Assembly: GCA_008632985.1 (NCBI GenBank)
Contig: QPGO01000273.1
Location: forward strand, 1 to 64,000
Direction: 5' to 3'
Length of the DNA: 64,000 nt
Source: Psammoneis japonica
Taxonomy: Eukaryota
The position numbers and the translations under genes were made by a program. This document shows positions 36,801-48,852 of the stretch, in pieces. The notes under the pieces are model-generated. The model searched no databases. It had not been told where the DNA came from and saw nothing but the letters and a program-made list of their open reading frames with translations. Position 1 is the first letter of the stretch, and every line of letters starts with the position of its first letter.

Positions 36801-39800
36801 ATATCACTTTCTGTGTCCAGCTGAACCAATTTTCGTTTCATCTATGGCGCCAGCATGTTCCTCAAACAAGCCAGTTTAGGACGGCTCTCGAGGGCGATGC
36901 CGATTTCCTTGCGGAAGATTCACCTCTGCCCATTGTGAATCTCTTTGAATTCCAGACGAAGGAGCTAGAACTGGGTCTGGACTTTCAATACACAAAAGAA
37001 ATGAGGCGTATCGTCTGGAAATGCTGTGTATCTGAGGTGGTTTTGAAAGCTTGTGATTTTGGCGCGGAGTGCACGGCACACCGGAGAAAATCGGTAGCGG
37101 CTCGATCCACTCCACAAGAGAATGGCGAAACAGATGTGATGAATACTGAACCTATGATGGTGGAGCTGATCAGTCTGAAAGAAGACTCATCTTTGGAAGG
37201 AATGAACTCAGCTACTTCGCGGTCTTCGGAGAAGTCTGATATTTCGATTCGGGTCGAAGAGCAACTTACTGCGTCGCGTTCGATTTCGTTTGCTAGTGAA
37301 ATCTCAACGGGTGGAGCTGTGGATCTGCGGAAAGTGGACGAAATTGAGTGCTTGATCTTGCTTCTGTTGGAGTCACTCCTTCTGCCTGCTGGCAATGCTC
37401 ATCGCCACCAAGAACATCATTCGCGGGATCATCTAATATTCCCTCCAGGTTCCGTTGGTGCATTGTTCATCACATTGATAAAGAAATTGATTTCGGCGCT
37501 TAGAACAGTAAAGCGAGGTATTGAAGATAGTAATGTTAGCAATTCGGGGTCGAATATCGGGGGTATCGCGCGTTGGCTGCAACAATTTGTGAAGAAGCTG
37601 TTGCCGAAAGACACGGGGGCGGCTTTGCTTCGGATTTCCACAAGGGACTTGGCATTCTTTATTCCCCGTGTCCGCCATAACAAGGCGAGCAACGGTGAAG
37701 CACGGTCATATTGTCTCTTGCTCGATGAGGCAACATTTGCCACCGGATTCATTTCGTCAGCTCTAGGAGATAGCGAAAGTGGCATAATGCAGGTGCTTGC
37801 CAACCGCGAAAAGAAGTGGTTGGACGTATTGGGCGGTAGTGAAGAGGGGTTCCATGTTACAGTTCAGTCATGTCAAAGTCTTCATTCTTTATCGTCGGAG
37901 GGCGCGACGAAGACAGTCGAAGCTTCTCTTCTGCCTCGGTTCGAATCCACCTTTTCCTTCCGTCCCTCCGGTGTGTCGGCGTCCACTGGGAACACCATTC
38001 TCTCTGTGGATGGTACCGAGAAGCTGAGGGAGATCTATGTATCATTTTCAGCCTTTAGTTCTCGGTGGGTACGCGCAGGAGTCAGACTTTTTAGGGTGTT
38101 ATCTTCCCTCGTGTCGAACGATGTAAAAATTCCAAACAAAACGATTAAGCTGCCGGGCAATCACGAGGGGAATACTGAACTTTCTCCGTTTGATGAAGCC
38201 TGTGTCGATGTTTCAACCTCTGTCCGGGCATGCAGGTCGTTGCTATGTTCCATCAGGAAGTCTCTGACATGCCTTGAAATGGAAAAACTTACATCTTTAA
38301 GGGAAAAGCAGTGCGAAGTAGATCGCCTCCGGTGTGTCGTGTTCTGCAAAGAAAGAGAGCGCGTGGCTGCGCTCGCGTTGACGGCCTCACAGGCAATGGG
38401 TTGGATTCGGACAGGGGGTACTCATCAAAGTGGGCAGAGAACGTCTACCGTAACATCGATGTGGCGTCAATGGGCAATTCTACGGCGGTCACTTCTCGTG
38501 CTGTTCAAATCTCCAGGAGGTATGGAAACCATGATTCCTTCGATGACAAAACGGCTCTTTCTTTTCATGTTCCTTACACGCTTGTCTGCATCTTCCATCG
38601 TAGCTGAAGCTGTCGACTTTGTGTCATTAAAAGGGGCGCGTCTGTGTCCGCTGGAAGGTGGTCGAAGCAAACGCGACGTTAAGCTGGGATTTGCTCTTGT
38701 TGAAAGTGGGGGCTTGACACGGTTCTTCATTGTACCAACTGTGACGGAGTACGAGATTTGGATCAGTGAACTCCGAAGTGCTATTGATTTTTACTCTTCA
38801 CCCCGGATGGCAGAAGACAGCACATCTTCCATGGTCCAACAAGAACCTGTCATTGAAACACCTTTGTCCGATGCGCAAGCAGGCGGTAGAAGTGACGAAC
38901 AAGTTGTGAGCAGGCATGGGAGCCAGAGTGCAACATACGGCACTTCTTACCTTCCTGATGTTCCAGAATCCTTGGCGGTATCTGGGGAGCATCATTTGGT
39001 AAAGGCATCTGAGTTTGGGTTGAGCGATACAGATGGCTTACAGCCCAATGACCAGAAAGGAAAGAGAATAAGACAGAAACTTGCTGGAACAAAAGCGAAA
39101 CTTGGTTCTGCTGTCCAGGCTGCGAAGCAGAACGTAAAAGCTGCCTCTGAAAAACAGCGTTTGCGTCGCTCGCAAGGTGGTGACGATGATATTTCCGTAG
39201 CAAGTGACAATTTGTGTGAAGCTAATAACAACCAGGATAAGCAATCAAATTTCGTTGCCCAAGAAGGCGTCAGCTCAGTTGACCAACAAGCCGAAGACTT
39301 TTCTGGATCGCCGAGACGAGGGAAAATGTTCCGACAACGGTTTGTAGGAACCAAGGCCAGGCTAGGATCTGCGGTTCAGTCAACGAGGCAGAACCTGAAG
39401 GCCGCAGCCGAGAAACAGCGTCGATACCGTACGTCATCGGAAGACATAAGTGTCGGGTCAACAGATGACATGATACATCATGGAGAATCTTCAACGCCCT
39501 TTCCAGCGCATGTCGTTCCGAGCGATGTGTTTACACAGCATCCCGGGACAGAGGATGCTGATTCACGTAGTCAAGAAGTACCTGCTTCTATAGCTGAAAC
39601 CGCGGACAGTGCGGTCTTAAAGGAAGAACATATCGACACCACAGAGTTGATGGTTTCTACCGACGACATTGACGAAGACCAAGAAGGTTCACAAGGCACA
39701 GGAGTTTCGTCAAACGATATGAGCAATGACGATGTCCTCAATAGTGTAAACAATGTACGTCGAAGAGGACAAATCCGCAAGAGTGTCACGAGAATTGGTG

Positions 39801-41663
39801 CTGCTGTGAAAGCTACTAGATCGAATGGTGGACCGAATGACAACAAAGGAAGGTTCAACTTGCGACGATTTTCTAAGAGTTCATCTGGCAGTTTCGGCGG
39901 TGATGGCCGAGACTCCATCAAGATGAGGTCTTTGCATGCTGGTAGTGGAAGCGTTGATGCCGATATCGATCGCGAAAGTCAGTGGCAAGAAATCCCACTC
40001 ACAAAGATTGAGGGACATTGGATTGTTCTCGTTGAGTATCCAAATTCCATCGAGACACCCGAAGATGTGTCTTCTTCGGTTTCTGATAACGATAAGATGA
40101 GAAGCGCCGGTTTGGTTGGTGAAGGCGATCCCACCCCAGAGTCTCTACCTGTAACGGAAGAAAAGGACGATGAAGATGCCGAGAAAGATCTTCCAGCGTC
40201 GTCTTTAGAATCCCAAACAATTGCCAAAACTTCAGTTGACAAGGGCGAACAGATTCTCGCGCCAGTCTCTCAGTCGGCATCAGACACGATGGGAAATCCA
40301 ATACTTCAATCATTCCGAATTCGTGTCGTTTGCGCGAAGCTCCCAGAAGGTGCCATCGAGAACCGTGCGACGCCGACCAGCGTCGAAAGGAACCTTTCTG
40401 ACATATTGGCCTTACACACTGTGGTCTCTGAATCTATCGTTCGTGTCGGCCCACCAGCGATAGATGTTACTGATTCATTCAACAGTGAATCGAGAGAAGT
40501 CACGAGTAATAGTGTGGCGGAGCGTCTGGGGCTTTCTCCGTGGGATAATGTGAGGCTGACAGGAAGCATGCTCGAAAGCATTTTGCGTGCTCCATCCACT
40601 TTGGATGAGTTCGAAAAGATACGAAAGTACCTGTGTGAGTTCGACGATTTCGCATCCCGTCATGATTGGCGGTTTATTCGAATTGGTCCCGGTATTATCT
40701 GAATACTCATCTTTGTCTTTCTGGACTTGAATTGACGTCCGTGCTTTAGGTGAAATTCTCGCGGAATTTATCAACTCTACCCTGGCATGTCCGCTTCCTC
40801 TTGACGCGCAGGAGTCCTTGAAGGAATTTCTTGGTATCGAAGAAGCAGTCGTCAAAACCGTCGAGAGCAGCGAGCCACTTGATGAATGGGACAATGGCTC
40901 GATGAAGGAAAAAGAACAGAAGTCCAAGTCGACTACTGAAGACATTCTGTCGATCTCCGCAGCATGTGAAGCAGAGCTTGTACGAGCAGAGAGTCGAGGT
41001 TTGGTGGCAAGAAAGCTTGCTGAGTCTGTCACTGCTGTGACAACCAATGCAACAATTGAAAAATCAGACCTACCTTTACATGGTTTGTCGTCGAAGGCAG
41101 CAGAGCCACTTCTTCCTCCGTCGATTGCGAACGCTCTCCATGCCTCAATGCATCAGGCGCTAATGAAGGCAATGGCTGAAAGAGACGAAGCACATGCGCA
41201 GTTGGTGTCGAACCGCGTTCTTCATGCACACGAGTTGGAACAGGAACGGAAGAAGGTGGATCGCTTATCAAAGAAATTTGAACTGTTGAAAAGCGAAGCC
41301 CCGGTAGGGGGCGCGTCCTTCTTTTTAGGTGGGGATGAAATTGCGGCGTTGGAAAAGGAACGTATGAGAAGTTACGAAAAGCAACTGAGTCAAAATAGTG
41401 ACGCTGAATTGATTTCACTCTGCCAGCAGCTGGCGAGCGAAATATCACAAAGAACGGAAGCAGCTCTGGAGATTATCAGATTAAAGGAATCACGCGAGAT
41501 TGAACGCGCTAGTGACTTGGCAGAGCGAGACGCACTCAAGAATGAATTACAAAAATACAAGGAGATGCTTGCTGAAGAACAGACAAAAACTGAGGAGGCG
41601 CAACAAGAGGCCGCTAAGTGGAAGGCTTACCACACAGACATGTCTAAAGAGGAGCACAAGTAA
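33869..41663 (+). CDS. Very large protein with chorein-N (VPS13/bridge-like lipid transfer family)-like N-terminus, PH-like domain and C-terminal coiled coil; introns 33914-34017, 35362-35450, 35724-35794, 38520-38603, 40635-40749
   Basis: Spliced start MENFVLGFFQEQLSK/FIVGFRKEQVNANLLNGKGEITDVSLN; frames join across GT-AG introns; WRQWAILRRSLL...EYEIWISELRSAI is PH-like. Confidence 0.75.
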
Positions 41664-42024
41664 GAGTGAATAGAGCCATAAGTCTTGTAGCTGAAACTAC
41701 TTCAAAAAACTACTGCATCTCTTGTGACGACGACGACTTGCTCCTCCGTTCGCTCACTTCTTCATTGTCCGTCGTCCACGCATCTCCTCCCATTCGATCT
41801 TGTATCTTTCCCGCGAAAATCTTAGAGGAAAGTTCTGATCATTAAAAGGACTAAGTGTACGGATAAAATTGTATGATCAAAAGATCCGAGAGTCGTTGAT
41901 GTAGCCAGCACTGGTGCGCGTGATGCGTCGCGACAAAACCCAAACCGTTTTGCTGTCGCCATGGGCGAGACATCAATCGAAGAAACTGTTATCCTCGCGG
42001 GTTGATTGACCGTGACTAGAGAGG

Positions 42025-42696
42025 ATGGTGAAGGTGACGGCTGTCAGTAAGAGACGACGAAACCAATGGCCTCCGGGGTCTCGAGCACGCTGCGTAGTAA
42101 TCTCATTTTTTGTGTTTTTTCTTGTGGGCATTTGTCTCGTGGCTGTACGGATACGAGTGCCGTCTAGTCTGAAATTGCGAAAGGCTAGACCTTTGCCTCA
42201 GCTCGTCTCGCGTCGACATGACGTCGTGATTCAAGCAGACGTTCGAGGCAATTTGGGACCTGCCTCTGTGTTAAACCAAGATCCTCCTGGCACCGATTGG
42301 ATCAAGGACCGCTGGCAAGCAGCGTCTGACATGCATGGAACAGCCATAAAAGGTGCGCATTGGGTATCCATGGACTTTTCGTCTCCAATCACCTTGAGCA
42401 GCATTATCCTTGACTGGGAGGCTGCCCTCTCGGAAGACTACAAGGTGGAGGTAAAGAATCCAAGTGAGGGCGCGGATTGGACTGTAATCTTTGACACCAA
42501 CCAACATGAGTTTGAATCACGCGAGTTTGGTCAGTCGCCTGGGGTGAAGGCCAAAACGCCTCTTCACATTGTTCACAACATTACTGCTTTTGAAAAAGTG
42601 GATCCATTTACGAGATTACGAATATGGATACGGAGTTCAACCCACGGGTGGGGCGTTTCGTTGTGGCGAGTCGACGTCTATGGATGTTATGAGTAA
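42025..42696 (+). CDS. Membrane-anchored discoidin/F5-8 type C (galactose-binding-like) domain protein
   Basis: TM helix, then DRWQAAS, HWVSMDF, ILDWEAALSEDYKVE, WGVSLWRVDVYG. Confidence 0.7.
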   Translation: MVKVTAVSKRRRNQWPPGSRARCVVISFFVFFLVGICLVAVRIRVPSSLKLRKARPLPQLVSRRHDVVIQADVRGNLGPASVLNQDPPGTDWIKDRWQAASDMHGTAIKGAHWVSMDFSSPITLSSIILDWEAALSEDYKVEVKNPSEGADWTVIFDTNQHEFESREFGQSPGVKAKTPLHIVHNITAFEKVDPFTRLRIWIRSSTHGWGVSLWRVDVYGCYE

Positions 42697-42763
42697 CACC
42701 GTCGAGAATGGAGCTCGTTCAAACTTTTTAATGGCTTCTGAAGTCTACACAGAGATTCACTGA

Positions 42764-44610
42764 TTATTTATATGCAAGAGATTGGACTTTCACGGGAGAC
42801 GCAGATGCTCGTCGTTCACGCTCGGCCTTTATCCATGCCTCAATATCTTCCGCGGCAATTTGTTCTTCGTCATTGTCCTGTGGGTAATGTACGTCATAGT
42901 AACCTGTTTCAGCATTGTAGTCAACAATGTTTCCTGAAAACCACCCCCACGTAGGGAAATTCTTGTAAATCACGGTGCCAATGGCATACTTTGGTTCCCT
43001 CCTACTAGCCGCCACGGATGCTTCGTTTGTTTTGGGACTATCCCCAGTGCTGTCAGCTGTGCTAGACTTGCGTAGCTTTTCTTCCACGAGATATCGTTGA
43101 AACTTTCCTAGTTTTGCAATTGGGTGCCGCATCACCCAGCCATGACCCTTGTCCTCCCCGTGCTTGTCCTCAAAGGCCTTGGCCCGACTGTGCATGCTTT
43201 CAAAATCCATTGCGAGATTCACGCTCTCGCCTTTCATAAACATGATTCCATCTGGCCAACCCACGTAGGATATCCCCTCTCCTTTTGCCAGCATTTTCAC
43301 CTTGCTCATGACGGAGCGAGCGTTTGATTCGGAACAACCGTCCACGTCTGCAAGCCAAGTCTTGATTTCCTCGATCCAACCCTGCCTCGATCGGAGCTGG
43401 TCTTTTTCTTCCTCCGATAGATTCAGTGGTTCCACCGTCTGAGTAGCACTCTTTTTTGGTGTGCTTCGTTTGGCTGCTGCTTTGGCTGCCGGTTTTGCTG
43501 ACGCTTTGGTAGATACAGGCACCGTGTACTCGCTTGTTGAAGAAGTTAACGACTCCGTCTCGTCTTCAGTGCTGTCGTCCGTTTCCGTATCTTCCAGCTC
43601 CTGATTATACTCAGTCTCTAACGAACGAGCTACTGCCTGAGAAAGACTAGGAGACACTTCTGTAGGGCTCTCAGTGGTGGTAGACTTGCGTAGCTTTGTT
43701 TCCACAAGATATTGTTGAAACTTTCCTAGCTTGGTAATTGGATGCCGCATGAGCCAACCATGTCCTTTGTCTTGTCCGTAGGTGTTTTCATAGCGTTGGG
43801 CCTCACTGTGCATTCTTTCAAAATTCATGGCAAGATTGATAGGTTGATTTTCCATAAACACAACGTGGTAAGGCTCTCCAGTTTTCGAACCTTGTTCATG
43901 ACGGTACGAACGTTGGATTCGGAACAGCCGTCTACAATTTGAAGCCACGCCTCGAATTCCTTAACCCAATCCTGCCTCGACGCTAGCTCATCTTTTTCTT
44001 CTTCCGACAAATCGAGCCAGTCCAATCGAGCGGTTGCTCGCTTTTTCGGTTTGCTCCGTTTGGTAGCTTTTTTCCGCGGTTCTTGGGATACAACTGTTGT
44101 CGCCTTGCGTTTTGCAGGAGTTGAAAAATGATCTTCGTCTTCACCAAAGTCACTTTCCTCATCACTCTCTTCTTGCAACCAACCATTGTCTGCTTGAGAA
44201 GGGGGCGTCACTAACGCGGACTGTGTGGAATCGTCTTGTTGTGTCGCATCCCCTTTCTGTTCTTTCGGAGCAACCAAATCATGGTCAGATTTCTGTTGCA
44301 ACAGAACACAGGCAAAGGCACAAATGTTTGGTCTGAGTGGATCAAATCCATCTTGCTTTTTGCACCCAGGACACGCAATGGTGGACAAGGTGGGAGCGGA
44401 TGTTTGGAGACTGGCAGTCCACTCGTCAAACCAGCCGGAAAAGCACGGCTTGCAAACGCTGTATGCGCAGTGCAAACACGAGACGGGAAGTCGGGCTTCC
44501 GAAGAGTCTTTCTGCTCGTAATCCGTGTCGAATGAAGAGTTGCAGTTTGGGCATTGATATGGATTGTTCTCCATGGTTGTTGCTGTTATTGTTATTGTGT
44601 TTGATGTCAT
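42764..44610 (-). CDS. RING-like zinc finger, two copies of a ~100-aa repeat domain and a Tudor-like C-terminus; frameshift/deletion ~43875
   Basis: CPNC..CLHCAYSVCKPC..CPGC; repeat ending DKGHGWxMRHPIxKLGKFQxYLVE twice; IGTVIYKNF..GWFSGNIVDY...YYDVHY.DNDEE. Confidence 0.6.
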
Positions 44611-44889
44611 ATAAAAATTAGAGTCGCAGGATCAAAAATTCCAAAAAATGAAAATTCCCGCCATAAAACCAAGAAAGAAAACCCGGAGTCACATACAGGC
44701 GAAAACCAAAGCCCGGAAGCAAATTTACCGCTTACTCCTTTCTAATAACTCTACAGAGGTCGCAGTATAAGATTCACGTAGAAATCTCCATCGTCTCACG
44801 CTTCTCGCTTCCGCAACACTCAACACGCACAAATCAAAGGGTTGTCGTAGTCAGCACAACGCAAGAGCTGTACATCGTCTGTAAACACC

Positions 44890-45481
44890 ATGGGCCCTCC
44901 TCCAAGCGATGACGTGAAGATTGGTAAGGAACAGATGAATGATACTGTTTGCAGTTTGGAAGAGGCAGCGGCAATGACATGTTTCTCATCGTCTCGTCTT
45001 CTTCTTTCGTTGTTATTCAGTGATTATGCGCACAGTTGGTGGCGAAGTTGGATCCGCCTCCTCCTTGGCTCCCAAGATTGGGCCCTTGGGTCTCAGTCCC
45101 AAGAAGGTTGGTGAGGATATCCAAAAGGCCACCTTGGACTGGAAGGGTTTGAACGTGACTGTCAAGCTCACGGTCGTCAACCGCCAGGCCACCGTCACCA
45201 TGATTCCCTCGTCTTCGTCTCTCATCATGAAGGCTCTCAACGAACCCGTTCGTGACCGCAAGAAGGAGAAAAACATCAAGCACGACGGTAACTTGACGCT
45301 GGATCAAGTCATTGACATTGCTCGTCAGATGCGTGACCGCAGCATGGCCAGGAAGCTCTCGGGTACCGTCAAGGAGATGCTCGGAACGTGCAACTCGATT
45401 GGGTGCACCGTGAACGGCGAGAGTCCTCGTGATATTCAAGCTGGTATCGATGACGGCGAGATTGAGATTCCAGAGGAGTAA
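44890..45481 (+). CDS. RPL12: 60S ribosomal protein L12 (uL11); intron 44924-45020
   Basis: [45 protein letters not shown]. Confidence 0.97.
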
Positions 45482-45759
45482 ACGACATGAAGAGGGAATT
45501 TATATGTGACGGTGAAACTTTGGGTGCAATGAGCTACTCTCTGGGTACGTTTTGCAATGTTGATGGGATTGAAAGCGGGTATGCCCTGATTCAAATACAG
45601 TAGAATTCATAACGTCACAATATAGAATCTATTAGAACCATGCGTTTCACCAGCAGTGCATGTATTTTAGGTTTCGGGCGGCCATCAAAATAGGGGTTTT
45701 CTAACGATAGAGCACCAGGTGCTGCGAACATAGCATGTTTAGCGGCTTGGTGCTGTGCA

Positions 45760-47632
45760 GGATCACGCACATTGAGTGGGCTGTGAGGAGATGTGTCTTG
45801 TTTCGACAGCCAGATCTGCCACCATTAGACAAAAATCCACCCGCCGCATGAGAACACACCTGATGCAACGCTCTTGGCAACAAAACGGAACTCTGGCTGA
45901 GAAGCTGTGGCAGGCCCAATTTCAACTGCTTTGTTCACAAGCTGTTGTGGACAGTTGAGAACCAGCCTCCTGCAACTTCCATGGGAGAGATGGCCAGTCA
46001 GCAACAACAAGAGTCGTTGGTGCACTCTGGCTCCTTTCTCTCTCACAAGTCCATTGAAGAATGACAGCAACCTAGAAGTGCAGCCAAGCAGATTTGTTCA
46101 TGGCAACAGGAGGGTTGTGCATTTGACCCAACAGGAGACAACCTGGCCATTGCAACTTGGACAAGTGATGCCTGCAACAAGTTGACAAGGGTGGTGTCTT
46201 GTTCAGAAAACAGCTCAAAAAACTCACTTTCTTTAAAACTAAAAACTGCCTGCAACACATCAAGCCCAACATGGAAATGGACAGCTGGGCCAACATGAGG
46301 GTTGTTGGTGTGTGAACCAAGAAGAAGTCAAAACAAAATCATGGCCAGTTTTCTGCAAAAGACAAGTGCTGGTGCTCTTTCCTCAAAACAAAGGTGCTTC
46401 AAGCAGCAGAGCACACACCATGAAATGCAGGCAGGTTCTGGCTTGTGTGGCTGCATGACCAACTTGATCCCACAGAGCTCTTCCAGAAGGAAGTTGGCAA
46501 ATGCCTGGCACACAAGTTCAGCTGAGCACCAAGAAGGTGGTGACAAGCCCTCCAGCACAACAGCTGGCATCCACCCTTGGCTCAAAGCATTCCATGCAAC
46601 ACTTCTTGATGCACTCCAAAGGCAGCATGGATGCAGCAAGGCTTGCTCTTCAAAGCACAATCTTCAACACCACAAGGGCCAACTGCATGGACAAGTTGCC
46701 AAGCTTGTGCCTGAATGCTGACTCTAAATTGGTGGCTCTGCCAAGTCCAAGCATGCCAACATGCTTCCATTGCCTTGTGCACAAAGCACTTTATGTGGTG
46801 GGAGCAGCCAGCACCAGAGGATTGAGTCTCCAACAAATGACTGCTGGCATTTGCAGGCCCAGAAAACCAGATGATTTTTCAGCTCATGGAAGTGGATTTG
46901 TGGCATCCACAGCAGACAGGTGGAAAAGCAGCAGTGCACTGCCCACAGGCCAGCCAGTCAGATGCTCAACCAGTGGTGCACAGTTGCTTGCAAGTCTCTG
47001 CCAAAAGCACAAGAAATGTGTGGAGCTGTTCTCTTTTCAACGTTGCAAGTTTTTGACGTGTGACAAATGCTGCTGGGCACATGGCTGCACAGCAATGGCC
47101 GCTGAGGCAGGGAGCCACTTCCCAAAGCATTTGGCCATGCAGAAAAAGCAGAGGTTGCCAAGTCACAGCCAAGGGCAATGATCTGTCAGGCCTCAAGCAC
47201 TGGACATGGACAAGATTCAGAGAAAGCTGGTGCTGTGCCATGTTGTGTTGTTGCCACTTGCAACCATGGAAAACTGGCTGGGTGCTGGGGTGGCATGCTG
47301 CCAGCATTGAAGACACCTTCAGGATCAAAACAATGACAGCTGCCTCCCTGCAGTGTGGCTGGAAGATCTGACCAAGGATGCAGCCAAATGGACAATGGAC
47401 AGTGAACAACTCATGCTGACCAAGGCCATGCAGGTGTCAGCACAAAATAAGTTCAACAGAAACAAGGTGTTTGCAGCCACTGGTGACAAACAACAAAAAT
47501 CACAGCAGCTGCACCATGGCAACATAAATGACAATTTCTCAACAATGACAACAACACCTTCAAGAAACATGCAACACAAACTCACAGACAAAAATGTTGA
47601 ACATTCCAGCAGAACGGGCTTGTCAGCGGGCT
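45760..47632. other. TpA/CpG-depleted degenerate domain; left flank of copy 2
   Basis: Near-absence of TA and CG starting about 280 bp after the RPL12 stop. Confidence 0.8.
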
Positions 47633-47908
47633 TGACAGGATTTGAACAGGATTTAGGTGTGCGCGAAGTATCGCGCGCTGTTTAGTTTACCGTGCACAGT
47701 TTTGTGTGCTTTAGTTCCGCGCGTTCACGCGCGATGTAGTTTGCTTTCGAGCCACAAGGCTCACAAGAATAATAACAGTAGCCCGATTATACCGACTTAC
47801 ACGTCTTTCGGCTCCTGTAACGGTCTCTGAGCGGAGACTCATCTGCTATTTAGACAGCAGTAAGGAGTTATTGTTTGAATTCTTGCCATTTGCCTTCAAT
47901 TTCTGTCA
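47633..47908 (+). repeat. 5' LTR of copia copy 2
   Basis: TGACAGG...TCTGTCA; 12 substitutions versus the 3' LTR by manual alignment. Confidence 0.97.
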
Positions 47909-47925
47909 GATTAACAGTCTTGCTC
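47909..47925 (+). promoter_or_regulatory. Putative primer-binding site GATTAACAGTCTTGCTC, complementary to a tRNA-Asn(GUU) anticodon arm
   Basis: The reverse complement GAGCAAGA-CTGTTAA-TC contains the Asn anticodon loop CTGTTAA. There is no TGG, so no pairing with the tRNA CCA end. Confidence 0.65.
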
Positions 47926-48852
47926 ATTGTCAACCCATTGAGCAACCGCCATCGTCGTCGTTGATTTACCAACGACGGTATTTCAATTCTACGTGGACCT
48001 CCGTATATATTCTACATACATCGGCAAGTCTACGCGCATTCAATACCAGGGCATCGGCAGGAAGTTAACGTCACCGTCAAGTCTCCTTACCGCTGGATAT
48101 CTGGATTGATTATACTACCTTTGGTCGCTGAAGACTTATATTCAACGGTCATATCCAAGTCTATCCTTGATCAACATCCCTTGATATACCTGTTCCTCGG
48201 TTAACGGTCAAGAACCCTACACATTCAAGGATCTTAGTCGCTGAAGACATATATATATATATATGCATGTCTTCACGGCCAAGAACCTTTATCCACTCTT
48301 CGGACTGCGGTTTTGCTGCCACTCTACAAGCACACCGAGTCCATTGCACCTGATCTACCCCGGACCACTGGTGCTCTGCAGTTCTACTAGGTCCACGAGG
48401 ACGACTGTGAGAGCAAGCAGCCGTGATCACAGCCTGCGTTGGGGCGAGGGTGCTTTCCCGCGTTTGTTCGTTCGTCCACAGCACCTGACGCCTGCGTCAA
48501 CTGGCCAGCCTGATCGGGAAATCCAACCGACATAAAAACAAGAACGGTTCGGGGGTCTTGTCCACCTCTAGTTAGCTTACCTGCAGGGGTTTACAACCCG
48601 CCACTCCGCTCGTAAGCAACCCAAAGCGCCACCAGCTGCGGGTTCGGACGTGCCGGCACAACTCTACGGACCGGATGGGAAGTTTAGCACTTGACAACGA
48701 ACGGGATGACAAAGCCCGGCGACTTCTGATTTTAAGATAGTTCAAGATTTCAAGTCAAGTCTGTTTCAAGTCAAGTCTGTTCTCACCCAAGTTTCGAGTC
48801 TGCCTTCGCTTCCCAACCAGAATTGATTGTCCTGACACCACTTTTGTCTGCC

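Noticed and set aside
47615..47638. Near-tandem CGGGCTTGTCAG/CGGGCTTGACAG at the copy 2 junction
   Set aside because: Only 12 bp and partly made of the TSD and LTR start; chance cannot be excluded.
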